A DNA stretch of 63,193 nt, the filler included, from Neoconidiobolus thromboides FSU 785 (taxonomy: Eukaryota > Fungi > Entomophthoromycota): NCBI GenBank assembly GCA_025603075.1. It is 6 parts of 6 records of this genome, joined end to end, with 100 filler letters (N's around TTAATTAATTAA, not from the genome) between each part and the next. Parts side by side here need not be neighbours in the genome. Positions count along the whole stretch, not along the records: positions 1 to 26,433 come from MU626507.1; 5 more parts are not named here. One strand, given 5' to 3'. Of this stretch, positions 1 to 12,675 are shown in pieces. The notes beneath the pieces were generated by a model, which was given only the letters and a program-made list of their open reading frames with translations, made no database searches and was not told where the DNA came from. The position numbers and the translations under genes are program-made. Numbering within the stretch: position 1 is the first letter of the stretch; each line of letters begins with the position of its first letter.

Positions 1-2330
1 TTCTGGTACTACTGTAGCTTTGGTTGGACCTTCTGGATCTGGCAAAAGTACTACAGTTGGTTTAATTGAACGCTTTTATGATGTCAATGGAGGGTCAGTT
101 ACTATTGATGGTATTAATGTAAAAGATGTCAGTATCGAATTTTTAAGAAGTCATATTGGTATTGTTGGTCAAGAGCCTATTTTATTTGCTACTACAATTA
201 AGCAAAATATTTTATTTGGTTTACCTAATCATGAGTACAATGTTAATATAGATAGCTCTTTACAAAAAAGAATCGAAGATGCATGTAAACTATCAAATAT
301 TCATGAGTTTATTATGAGCTTACCTAAAGGTTATGATACGCAAGTAGGCGAAAAAGGTTCCTTATTATCTGGTGGTCAAAAATAACGTATTGCTATTGCT
401 CGTGCTTTGATTAAAAACCCAAAGATATTACTATTAGATGAAGCTACCTCTGCTCTTGATTCTGAATCTGAAAAATTAGTACAAACTGCTATTGATAATG
501 CATCTAAAAGCCGTACAACGGTTGTAATTGCTCATCGTTTATCAACAATCAAAAATGCTGATAAAATTGTAGTATTTGATCATGGGTACATTAGAGAAGA
601 AGGATAAATATAGCGATAAAGAAATGATTAAAGTGCGTATTGATAAGAGAAAGTCTTTAATAGTAAAAAACGAACATAGTGGTACCATTATTGACATTGA
701 TGCTACTGGTAAATTTAGTGACTTAAACAGGATTTGAGACATTGAGGTTATTGAACTCTTAGCATGTAAAAGTATAATTCAGAAAATTAAAGTGCTAAGG
801 GAAGAAGGATTAAAGAAATAACCATTTCTTATGCTTTGGGTATTTATAATGGCTTCCATACAGAAAAGGTTAGTGGTTTTACTGTTTCTTGAAGCTTTAG
901 TTAATGGTACCAGTTTGGCTGTATACTTTATTATCATAACCGGGACATTTAAAGCTTTTGTTAATATTAACGTGGCTGAAATGCACAATACTGGTGTAAA
1001 TATTTCTAACTTTTGGGCTTTAACGTTTATTGTTTTAGGTGCTATCACATCCTTTACTATGAACGCAAGGATTGTAGTTTTACAACATGTTGGTGAATCA
1101 CTAACTTATAGTGTCCATTTGAAATCACTTCAGACTTTATTAAACCAAGAGGTCTCTTAATTTGATAGCCCAATTAACAAGGCTGGTGTTCTCTATTCTG
1201 AATTTTATATCGAAGCTGAAAAAATCCAAAGTTTAATTCCTAAAGTGACAGGACCTATCATTATGACTATTTTTACTATATGTACTAGTTTAAGGATTGC
1301 CTTTGATAATGGTTGAGAATTAGTTCTAGTTGTTTTGGTATGCGCACCAGAGATTACTTTGGGTATCATATTATAGATGCGTGTATTTATCATTGTAAAT
1401 ACTGAAACTAAAAAGAACTACAAGTTGGTGTCTTAGAATTACTAGTGAATCTATTTTTAATATTCTTACTATCGCTGGGTTAACAAAAAATGCATTCTTT
1501 AATAATTGTGTTGCTCATTTTAAAGTGTTTCAAAAATGTCTTTAACTGGTGCATTCAAGACTTTATTTAGTTGTTCATTATCTATGGGTTCTCCTTTCTT
1601 AATCAATGCTTTAGCTTTCTGGTATTACACTGCTTTAGTTGTTTCTGGAGGATATTAATTTGAAGAGATCCTCCAAGTCATCACTACTGCGTCATTTATT
1701 GGTACTGCTTTAGGACATTCTTCTTTTGAATTGACTACTTTCGTTAAGCCAAAAGTTGCAGTCATTGACTTACTTGAATTGTCAGATCATAAAATAACAT
1801 TGATTCTGATGAGGGCTGTAGTACCTGTCCATCTAAATTGATAGGTGGTTTGGAACTAAAGATGATGTATTTCCTTGTTTTACACGACTAGATGCACCTA
1901 CCCTTCAAGGTTTAGGTCTTTCTATTTTAGTCGAAAAGAAAGTAGCTTTAGTAGGTGCCTCGAGTTCTGGAAAACCTACTGCCATTAGATTAGATTAGCG
2001 GTTCTATGACTCAAACTCTGGGTCATTTCATGTAGAAGATAGAACAACACTTGCTATTGCTCATTGTCTTCTCAAAGTACAAGATGGGGATGTTTTTTTT
2101 AATTTTATTATTTTTCCATTTTTAAGCACAATTTGAGTGGAAAGATTGTTAATAAAATCCTCAAATACAAAAATATATCCTCAGATTATGATTGTATTGT
2201 AGTAATAAAGTTAGGCAAAATAGTCGAAATGGGTATCCATGAAGGATTTTTAGAGTTAAAAGGATATTGTTGTTCTTTAGTTATGTAACAACAATTGACT
2301 AAAGAGGAGGAATATAATCTTATTCACTAA
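1..2330 (+). pseudogene. ABCB/MDR (P-glycoprotein-type) ABC transporter pseudogene, 3' part (NBD1-TMD2-truncated NBD2); 5' end lies outside the window
   Basis: Walker A GPSGSGKS, Q-loop VGQEP, signature LSGGQK then in-frame TAA (383-385) where Q is expected, Walker [13 protein letters not shown]-loop IAHRL. TMD2 reads QEVS*FD (1158) and NG*ELVL (1314), with further stops and frameshifts. NBD2 reads GASSSGKP...RFYD then jumps to RTTLAIAHC. A MITE is inserted at 2086-2182. Confidence 0.93.
2086..2182 (-). mobile_element. ~95-bp MITE copy A, inserted in the ABC pseudogene
   Basis: GGGGATG...TATCCTC ends with AGAT duplicated on both sides; removing it restores KVQD-YDCIVV. Confidence 0.85.
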
Positions 2331-2362
2331 TTTAACATTTTTTTGTTAATGAGTAACAGTAT

Positions 2363-2456
2363 GGAAATGTTTTTTGATTTCATTATTTTTCCATTTTTAA
2401 GCGCTATTTGAGTGGAAAGATTGTTAATAAAATTCTTAAACAAAAAACACATCCCC
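2363..2456 (-). mobile_element. MITE copy B
   Basis: Same core (TTTTTCCATTTTTAAGCGCTATTTGAGTGGAAA); ends CATCCCC; flanks GTAT/ATAT. Confidence 0.85.
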
Positions 2457-2800
2457 ATATATATTTTTAATATCTTTGAATTTCTTTAATAAATCATGCT
2501 AGTATTTATATTTGACAAATAAATTAGGCTAATAATATACCAATATAAAATCAACTTATTTAAAAAACAGTATACTAAGATTACAATCTATATTAAGTTG
2601 TAGTATTAGTTATAAAAAATAAGTGATAAAAATATAGTTTGGAGTAAATTGGTATAAAAAGTTGTTAATATTAACACTATTTGGGTATGTCTAATTTGGT
2701 TTCTTTGATTTTTCACTTAATGTTATTGAGTGGGAACATCATCTATAAATTTATAAACAAAATTAAATTTCAAAATTCAACTGGTGCCCACTAAATTTCA

Positions 2801-2871
2801 AGGAGCACTGAGAAACAAACTTGGATTGCAAGGAACAAAACTTCGAATGCTAACCATTACACTAAGGATCC
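2801..2871 (-). pseudogene. Degenerate tRNA-Gln(TTG) pseudogene
   Basis: Minus strand GGATCCTTAGTGTAATGGTTAGCATTCGAAGTTTTGTTCCTTGCAATCCAAGTTTGTTTCTCAGTGCTCCT is colinear with eukaryotic tRNA-Gln, with an intact A-box/D arm and TTG anticodon. The T-loop lacks TTC, and the T, acceptor and anticodon stems are mismatched. Confidence 0.7.
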
Positions 2872-3026
2872 TTTATATATCTGATTCTAAAATTTTATCA
2901 AATATAAAGAAAAAATTAATTTATTTTAATATAAAATTTTAATTGTTATACACAATTTTTAATTTTTGATCAAATTTCATTTAAAATATATTAATGTTAA
3001 AAAATGTTTATTGCTCTATAATATAT

Positions 3027-3123
3027 AGGGATGTTTTTTTGTGTTTAGAAATTTTACTAACAATCTTTCCACTCAAATGGCGCTTAAAAATGGAAAAATA
3101 ATAAAATCAAAAAAAACATACCC
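3027..3123 (+). mobile_element. MITE copy C
   Basis: Core TTTTACTA...TTTCCACTCAAATGGCGCTTAAAAATGGAAAAA; ATAT flanks. Confidence 0.85.
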
Positions 3124-3158
3124 ATATTATAAATTAACTAAATATTACTTAAATAAGT

Positions 3159-3256
3159 AGGGATATATTTTTTTTGTTTAAGAACTTTACTAGCAATCTT
3201 TTTGTTTAAATAGCACTTAAAAAATGAAAAAAGTGATAAAGCCTAAAAACATCCCC
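3159..3256 (+). mobile_element. MITE copy D
   Basis: Same core, ends CATCCCC; flanks AAGT/AATT. Confidence 0.8.
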
Positions 3257-3618
3257 AATTGTTGGTTGAATTTTTATAACTCGTCTTAACGATTAAAATC
3301 AGTTTCATGAAATTCATCAAGAAACTCCAATATAAAAAGCCTAGGATATTTACTTTAAATGCTCGAGATTTAGTAAAACATTACATTCAAAAGTTGCTCT
3401 CATTTTTGTTTTTCTACAAAATTATAGTGGTTCTAATCGTTACCTGGAATTTTATATTTACTTTGAAACAAAAAGTATAAATAACATGACATGAAAACAT
3501 AGTTTAATTTTTTTATAAATGTTTGAATTTGAAATTTACTAATAAATAATAAGAGAAAGATAAATGAAAAGTTATTTCAGTAAGAATAAATTGAATAATG
3601 AATAAATAGCTCTATTAG

Positions 3619-5921
3619 TTATTTTTGTCTTTTAGTGTCCATATTTTCTCTTTCTGTACCCTCTTCATTTTCTAATTCTTCATTCTTCCTTTTCAAATCT
3701 CGATTTTTTTCATCTAAAACGCCACCTAATTCCATTGGTAAACATCTTATAAGCGCTAGTAATTTAGGACTAAAATAATCAGAGCATTTATCTAAAATAG
3801 TCCAATAATCTGCTGCAGCCTGAAAATCTTTAACAGCGACTGAATAATACAATAGATGCGAAACTGCAAATTTTTGGTTTTCATTTAACTCTTCAATATG
3901 ATTGAAATCGATACCTTGAAAAAAGTAGCAAGCTGCCATTTTTGAAAAGTTGTCACGCATGTTTTGCGAATATTTTTGATAAATCGATCCCAACTTTAAA
4001 TTAATTTCTCTACTGTTGTTATGTTCCTTCAATTTTAAATAGCTCTTTATAGCAGTTGAATAATCTTTAATACTTTCACTAACCTGAGCTAAATATGTCC
4101 ATCCATTTAAATTGTTAGGTCTAAAATGAATATTAAAGTAAACTGTCAAAGCTAAAAAACCATGATGTTTACCTGATTGACACAAGTTTGATTAGCATTG
4201 CTTCTGCTGCAAAATAATTTTTTTGGGTCAAATAGATTAAACTAAGCCCTTGGAGAGCCCTATAATCATCGGGGCTTAATACTAAAAACTTAAAAAAACT
4301 GAATGAAAACAATAACAACTAAGCCTTACTGAGTAATGTTTCTAACGTCTTGGTAGCACTAGATATTAAATTTAGTTTAAGATAATGGTTGGCTAAATAG
4401 AATAGAGCTTGAGTTGAAGCAGGTGAAATTTTAATTGCATCAGTGAATAATTTAGTTGCTTTGCTAGCACTGTTGGAGTACGAAAGGAAATTCCCATTAA
4501 CGCACATAGACTCATAGCTATCCTCTCTAAGTCGTCTACAACGAGCTGCAAAGTTTTGTAATCCAACTGAATCATCCGTATAAATTAAGATATGCGAATA
4601 AATTTCAGCATAATCTAAAGAGTACTTATTTTTTTCGTAGTATCTTTGAAACTCAAGTTTGCTATATTCATAATCTAAAAATAAGCCTTTAGCTATTATT
4701 GTTTTAGTCAAATCAAACAATACCGCAATTTTTATAGTGAGCTAATGCCCTATAAATAATATAACAATCGCTATAATAAATGGTTTCATATAATAATTGA
4801 CAACTTTCTTTGTCTTGCTCATTTGATAGACTTAAATTATTTGCCATGATCATAATAAATAGATGCTTAATAAAAACATTGGGTAAGTTTGGTAGACAAT
4901 GGTAATACTAAAAAAATTGGATTAAATTTAAATATGTACAAGGAAATCTACCTCAGTTTCGTTTTTAATACTAATAGAAAGCTCTAACCAGGCGTCCCAA
5001 TTTAAAGGATATCTTTGAATAGATAACAATAGCAATTTTGATGCTAAGTCATGCCTCCTTAGCTTATTTGCTATCATTCCAAATAAATATAAAACAAAGG
5101 GATGGTTAATTATTTTATTCCCTTCATTCAAATCATCTGAGGTATCAATTATTTCATTTTCATGTTCCATCAATTCGTTGAACTCCTCTCGATAAATTTT
5201 AAAATAATCTATTTGTAAATTTTCATTGTTTGCTACAATTTGTTAACATTTATTGCTAAAATATAGATTACAAACCACCTTCCAAAACTTTTACCCCGGT
5301 CCATATTTTGTGAGTTTTGAGCTAAAAATATAAACTTCAAAGTTTTAAAAAATAATAAAACAAACCTACTTCAATCCTAGATAAAATATAATAATAATAA
5401 AGCACAGGGTTGCTAAAATAATTCTTCTTTAATTCGGACACAATACTTTGATGATCCCCATTTTCAAATTTGTCGATTATCCTACTTACTGCTTTTTCAG
5501 TTGCTAATTGTTTTTCAAAAATTCCTTTATAGCTTTTAACCCAGCTTTCTTCTGTTCCATCTTCTATACTGTAAAATTTTAATTTTAATCTTCCAAGTCC
5601 TCTCTCGATTTTAACTTTATCTTCTTCAATTATATTAATGGGTTCAGTTTCGCTTTTAATTTCTCCATCAATTTTTAAAATTTTATTTCCGAACTTCGCT
5701 TCTTTCTCTTGAGTTTCTCTATACTTACAGTAATGATTTAACTCTGAAGCCATATCTTTTAATCTAAAGAAAAAGATATTAATTTATCAACATTAAACGT
5801 TCAGCTTTATAGACACATACACCTCATTGGTTTTAACTAATCCAAATTTTTTATTGATATTAAATCCTTTCTTAAGCCCTGATATTACTTTTTTGAGACT
5901 GTCTGTATTGAATCCTACCAT
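3619..5921 (-). CDS. Divergent Cdc23/APC8-like TPR protein (multi-exon; splice model approximate)
   Basis: ATG at 5921 (MVGFNTDSLKK...), first intron ~5820-5764. Exons carry HPFVLYLFGMIANKL...SIQRYPLNWDAWLEL and Y.EIYSHILIY...YESMCVNGNFLSY...ALFYLANHYL, colinear with the Cdc23 segments YLYGVVL...PLHWGAWLEL and ETCCVIGNYYS. ORFs 5337-5753, 4928-5173, 4319-4720 and 3619-4185 are its exons. Confidence 0.75.
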
Positions 5922-8900
5922 GATAAACTTGAAAAAAAAACAATGCAAAAATTTCAATTGATTTCCATTAATGAAGTGGATTTCAACACACCACAGATCT
6001 AGTCTTTAATTGGCTCGGCTTTTTGCAATCCTCGGTTCAACCCTATTCACATTTTATTGGCTTAAATAAATCACTAAGGGATAGATTATTGTATCATTTT
6101 TTATGCTTCAGACTTATTTACTACTTACAATACTGCTCTAATATAAAAATATCATACTGAGAGTTGACATTAAATATAATAAAACCTCAATCTAAAACCA
6201 AATGACAATATCTTTATATTTGCTAAAGTTTTACAAAAAATGACATATAATGATGTATTTTGCTAACTGCAGTTCTAATTTGTAAATTATATCCTTTCTG
6301 GAGAATTAAAGAATAGATTGAAATAGGATGGATAGATCTTTTGTTTGAGAGGAAATTCAAGATTATATCACATAATAAACTTGTTTTAGTACATCCTTTT
6401 TAGAATGTTTAACTCTTACTTAATGCAATTGTAAAGTACTTTTAACTTTTTAGGTTGATTATTTTTTCTAGAAATAAGTATCTAAACCAATTTTTACTAA
6501 CTTAATTTGATAGTTATTTTAGATTTAGATTTATTCTTTTTGCTATTTAATAGTGCTACTTACTAAAAGTTATACCTTTTTTATCGACTTGTAGCGTTGG
6601 AATTGTAAAAATACTTATTGATATGGATAAGGTAACTTTTAAAAACACTTGGAAAGTATCACTTAAAATAATCACATAATATATTACTATAATAGCTACA
6701 TTATGAATGTTTATAAAATGTAAGAAATAATTCAATGAGTATGAAAATAATATATACTTCAAAATATGACGTTAATTATTAAAAAAATATAAAAATCTGT
6801 AAGGCAATCAATAGAGGTTAAGTAATCTAGAATTAAACCAGAAATTTACTTTAGCCAGTTCTTTAAATAGAAACTTTCTATTTAAATATAATGTTTCAAA
6901 ATATACTTGTTTTCACCTTAAATATTTGAGTGTTACCTGTAAATTTTCCATAACGATTCTTTGCTTTAATAAATTCGGCTATACTCAAATATAATTTTCT
7001 TGTATCATTTAAGTGTCAATGCTTAGCTGCTTAAAGATAACTTCTATTTTTGCTGATAGTAGGGTTTATAAACTATAGATTTATTGTAATAAGGGTAAGT
7101 AGTAAATATATAATCAATTAAGTTGAAAAACGCAATGTTCAAAACAGTAAATATCATTATATAAACGCTATTAAATAGTAAATTTTAAATCGAGCTATTT
7201 TGTTTATCTAAAGTGTGTATAATCCAAAAAGGTTAGTAGGGGGTTTACATAAAAAAATGAGAAGGAAGGGGTAAATTTATTTCAACAGCAATCATATAAA
7301 ACCAAAAGAGATCAAGAATATAAATTTGAGAACCAGAAATGTATTCATAAGTAACACTTTAAACTATTCAAGGGTGATCTTAACTATTGTGAAAAAGTCT
7401 AAACACCTTTTAATGAAGGAAGCCATTTTTCGAAGTTTTAAATTTTATAAAAATATTGATATTAAAACTATGATTATAAAAAAGCGTGTTTTACGACATA
7501 TACAAATATATTTAAAAAAATCACAGCTATTAATAGTTTTTTTAACAATTTTTGTTAAATTTATCCTTGGATTTATTAAAAATTATTTAAATAATAGTTC
7601 AAGATAAAAGCCTGAATTCAAAGAAAAATAACATAATTCAGATAAATTTAGTCAAAATGAATAAATGTTTGTGAAAGCAAAACAAGTTTTTGTTTCTATA
7701 TTTTAAATTAATAAAGGACTTTCATAAATTGTTAAGCCTAATCTTTGTTTTTGATTAATGATAGTATTTTACAGCTGTCATATTTTTTGTAAGCTATTTA
7801 ATAGTATATCTAAGAGTAAAGTTTATCATAAAAATTTATTAATATATATGGTACAAGCGTTCAAAAATTGGCTATCGAATTATTTAACTGTAAAAATTAC
7901 TATAATTTATTTTGAAAAAGAGATGAAACATCTACATGCTATTCCAGTTTTTTATATATGAATAGGGTCAACTGATAGCTTATGTAGGGGGGCATCAGCA
8001 ATAATAATAAAACACAAGCTGAACCTATAAAAAATAAAACTATTATATGAAATTACTATTTAAATTTTCCTAGATCTTTTGGTTTTTTTAAATTAAGCTT
8101 CCTGTTAGCTTCATGATTTTGTGCATATTTAAATTTTTGGCACTTTTATTAAAGTATAACTAAAAAGCCTGACTTCGTACATATTTGAACATTTTCAGAC
8201 CTTTTTGGCATATTCTACTAAATATTTGTCAGTAAGTAAAGTACATACCTATATATTACAAGAAATTTTATACTATCTAACTTTCAACTATAGTAGTTGC
8301 TTATATAATTGCTCAAAAATTGCTTTTTAACTAGCCTTCCTTTAGATACAGAAAGTTTCAGCTCTTTTGAGAACTTTTTAACTGTTCATTTAAGAGTAAA
8401 ACTTATACTAAAGTTTAGCTAAAAAATATAGGTTAGACATTAAAGAACACTAGTGAGATGAATAATTTTACTATAAAATTATCACCGAAAGTTTGAAAAA
8501 GAGCTGCAACAGCTATATCATTGGTTAAGCAAATAAAATTTGAGTCTTAGTAAATATGAGAAAAAGCTTACCAAATTTAAGCAGATGCTTTTTATATTAT
8601 GAATAACAACAGAGAGTGCCAAATAATTTACATTAATGATTATTTTGTGCCAAGGTGGCATATACTTGTTGGTAGATTAACTAGGAATTACAATACAAAT
8701 ATCATTGGGAGTAAATATTGATGTAGCATTAAAATGAATGGTTTAGCTTAAAATTTTATATAAACCGATTGTCTGACAATATGACAATTAAACGATTACA
8801 AAACTATATTAAGTTTTTAGTTAACCATATTACGGAGCAATGGCTGTTATCCTTTTAATCTGACTCTAATTAATAGAACATGTTAAATTTTATTCGATAT

Positions 8901-9771
8901 AGATCCTTTATTAAAAATAGCTTTTTATCAAAAGAATTAGTCAAAGTTATAATAAGTGTCACTAAATCAGTTAAAGTTAATGTCAAAGGGAGCAAGGGAT
9001 AGTAAAAGTATGGAAAGAAAATTATCACAGATAAACGATAATATTAAATTTAATAAAAATGGAATGGAATGAAATGGATAGAATACATTTACTAATTAAA
9101 GCTAACCTTTATTCATAATGAATTTTAAAAAGAAAACCATAAGTTTATATAGAAATTCCAATTCGAGATTTATTTTAAATAATTAAATTATAAATTAAAT
9201 AACGTTTATTATATAATTAGTACCTTTTATTCCAAGTTTTTTTATAATTTAATATCACATTTATTATTTATCTTGATTTCTAATGTAGGATGATATAATT
9301 TAAGGTTTTCAAATGAACTTTACAAAAAAGTATTTAGTAGCTAGCACTATAAAAGTAAAATGAAATAATTAAACCATACAAAAAAGGATGCTAATAATTG
9401 AACAAAAAAATGATACAATAAAGTAACAGAAATCTTCTTTTTATTTTTTTATATCACAATAATAAACTGGTATATGAAATTATATTCTAAAGATTTAAGC
9501 ACTAAATATAGAAATTATTGTGGGATAGATTGGCATTATTTACTCCTTAAACAGCTCAATAACACGAGAGCTTTCAGTTGAACTTTTATGAATAAGAAAT
9601 AGGGGAGGCAGAGACAAAATAATAAATCAAGTATTCATATTAAATACTAATAAAAAATAAATAATGTTATTATTAACCACTTTCTAGTTTGGCTAAAAAG
9701 TATAAATACTTTTCAATTTGCGATTTTTAAAAAATAAACAACTTTGATTTTTTTTAACTATTAAAATTAAA

Positions 9772-10503
9772 ATGAATTCAGTAAACACTACGAACTCATT
9801 AGAGTTAAACAGTTATGAGTATGAATCCTTACCAAACACCCCCATTGACCCAAGCTTCACAATGTCCTATTATCCATTAATGAATGAATATCCTGTGCTA
9901 AGTCCAATTGACCCTTATTATACTACTGCTGTAACATCATGTTGTCCATCATTGTCAATAAATTATATAAATTATGATTTGGTTGCTTATCATAATACCA
10001 ATGAGTTAAATTTTTATTGTGATAATAATAATAATCCTTTGTATGAGTATATCTTACCTTCCCCAACAAATCAACAACATCACTTAAATAATAGCTCACC
10101 ATCTAGCTTAGAATTAGATAATATATTGGCTGATCCAGCCATATTACAAACATTAGAACAAATTAAACCACAGGCTGGTAGACCTTCACGCAGTCATGCT
10201 AATAAAAACAAAAGAAGAGTTAATTCTTTACCTGGTTTAGATAAATTAAACAAGGGTAAAGTCAGTGCTAATAACGAAAATGAAGAAACAATCAAACCAT
10301 TTGAATGCCCAAAAGAAGATTGCAATAAAGTGTTTAAACGCTCAGAACATCTTAAAAGGCATGTTAATACAGTTCATTCTGGAATTAAGCCTTATGTTTG
10401 CCCTTACCCAGATTGTGAAAAAAGGTTTTCTAGATCAGATAATTTAGGTCAACATTATAAAACACATATCCCTAAATCAAGAAAAAAGTCGGCCACCTTT
10501 TAA
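9772..10503 (+). CDS. C2H2 zinc-finger transcription factor (Msn2/Seb1/Ste12-type two-finger unit)
   Basis: Two fingers, [21 protein letters not shown] and [20 protein letters not shown]; S/P/N-rich N-terminus; single 243-aa ORF. Confidence 0.9.
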   Translation: MNSVNTTNSLELNSYEYESLPNTPIDPSFTMSYYPLMNEYPVLSPIDPYYTTAVTSCCPSLSINYINYDLVAYHNTNELNFYCDNNNNPLYEYILPSPTNQQHHLNNSSPSSLELDNILADPAILQTLEQIKPQAGRPSRSHANKNKRRVNSLPGLDKLNKGKVSANNENEETIKPFECPKEDCNKVFKRSEHLKRHVNTVHSGIKPYVCPYPDCEKRFSRSDNLGQHYKTHIPKSRKKSATF

Positions 10504-12580
10504 AAACTAGCTGACCTAGCTCAACTTAAAAAAAAATCGTTTGTATCTATTAGTTCTCTCTATCTAACATTTTCTGTTTCCCTCTCTTTATTCCGTTTTC
10601 TTAATTTTTGTGTCAATTTATAATTTTCCTTTCAAAAGTAGCTTCTTATGTGCTATTACTTGTATTCCTTATTTATTAAGTATTGTTTAATTAAAATAAA
10701 GTAAAAAAATCAATGATAATAAACTAATTACTCTACATTTAATATTATTTAAATTGTTGCTTTCATTTAATACTTTATTTAGCCAAATTTAGTAAATCTA
10801 CCATTTGAATTAATGTTAATTTTAAATTTCTATTCTTAGCTGATTTCTCCTTTTCTATTTTATCCTTTTTATTCTCTTATTTCTATTATACATGGTTTTT
10901 ATTATTTATATTATTTGATGCTTTCTATTTGTTATTTTGTTGAAAAGAATACACTTATTAATTTATGTTAATAACTTGATTGTATCAAGTTTATAGACTT
11001 TTAACTATCCATTTTTATAAAACTATTTTTAAAAGGCCATAAATGTAAGGGAACAAGGTGGTTTATTAAATTTAGGTTTTAAAACATCTAGCTTAGACGT
11101 CACTTTAAAATAAATTTGTAGGCTTTACTTTGTAAAAGAAACTTGCTATGACTAAAGCTGGTTAAAAGAATAAAGAGCTATTATTTAGGATCAATAGAAT
11201 TTCAATTCCAGCATACATTGAAAATTAGCCACTACGATCAACCATATGGATGTTGTCAAAGTTTGTGATAAAATTTGAAATTCTTGCTAATATTTCACTT
11301 ATTTCCATTTAAAATTTGATTTGTCTGTTCTTTCTAAGATATAATAATAGCAATCACTAGTATTTAGTTGTTTTAAATTGCAATAAGAAACAGCGAGTAC
11401 TGAAGATTGTTGATAAAAAGAGAGATTACTAAATTGAATAAAGGAGAAAAAGCAGTATGATTTATTGTAAGTTAAACTCATGAAGGTTATAATAAAGAAT
11501 TTAATTTAATGTGTAAGGGGAGGGCCTAAAAGATTAAACTAAAAGTAAAACAAAAAATGAAGATAAAAATAAACTCAATGGTTTGTTATTTAATCGACGT
11601 TACGGTTCCTGTAAACCTTTTTTATCATATATTTGTCCCTAATAATCAAATCATAAGGTAAGTATTAAATTTTTTAAAATTTATTTTAAAATATCAAAAA
11701 AGTCTAGGCTTTAATTAATTAATATTGATAACTATAACAACGATAATAACAATAATATTGAAAGCAATAATAATAGCAACAAACTGTTACTCAATGGCCA
11801 TCACCCTTTATTGAAATAAACCAAGTTATCAAAATAAACCTATTTATATATGAAATATCGCTTTTTTGGACTTTATTTATATCTGTTTTATTTCTTGTTT
11901 TATACACCATCAACATATTAACAAACAATATAAAAAGAAATAAATAGTTTAATATCAACTGTTGGGTACCGCACACTAAGCGTTCAAAAACTGCATAGAC
12001 CCCCTATACATGGTTTGTTTTAAAGCTCATAACTTCGCTCTTTTACTTTTTTATTCCTATTTAATATACAAATAAAGGCGGTCCCTTTTCTATCATATAA
12101 CATTACTATATTAATCTCAAAGGCCTCTTATTATTAAATTATTATGTTACCTTTTTTCCACTTGTTTTACTTCCCTTCATTACCTTTTTTATGCTTAACA
12201 TACTATGACTGGTAGTATATGCTCCTAAATCGATACACCATGCTGTTATTGTTATTGCTGCAGAAAAGTTAGATTAGTAATCATTGTAAATTAATAAAAA
12301 ACCAAAATAGGTTATTAAATTAAAAATTGTAAAAATAAAAACTCAAAGTATTTGAATACTTCCAAACGATGATATGAATCTCTTTTCAACTGAGTATAAT
12401 GAGTTTATTAACTATTGTTTTAACTATCTATAGCATTTCTCTTTAACAATAATTTGTTATCACATTGGTCTATAGAAAGAGCATTTAGTCCAAAAATTTA
12501 AACATTAATGGCTAGATAAAACTTATATAATAGGCTATAATAGTAGGTAGGACAAATAAAAAAATTGGGTTTTTACATAT

Positions 12581-12675
12581 GGGAGTGTTTTTTTTGACTT
12601 CATTATTTTTCCATTTTTTAAGCGCTATTTGAGCGGAAAATTTAGTAAAATTCTTAAACACAAAAATATATCCCC
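12581..12675 (-). mobile_element. MITE copy E
   Basis: GGGAGTG...TATCCCC with ATAT/ATAT flanks; conserved core. Confidence 0.85.

Noticed and set aside
383-1376. Alternative genetic code (TAA/TAG read as Gln, TGA as Trp), suggested by stops at conserved ABC positions
   Set aside because: The same region has frameshifts, a deletion and a TE insertion; TAA falls at both a Q and a W position; intact genes here (RPL38, RBG1, PBP1) end in TAA normally.
5990-6050. tRNA-like GGTTCAACCC near the Cdc23-like promoter
   Set aside because: No cloverleaf or A-box can be folded around it.
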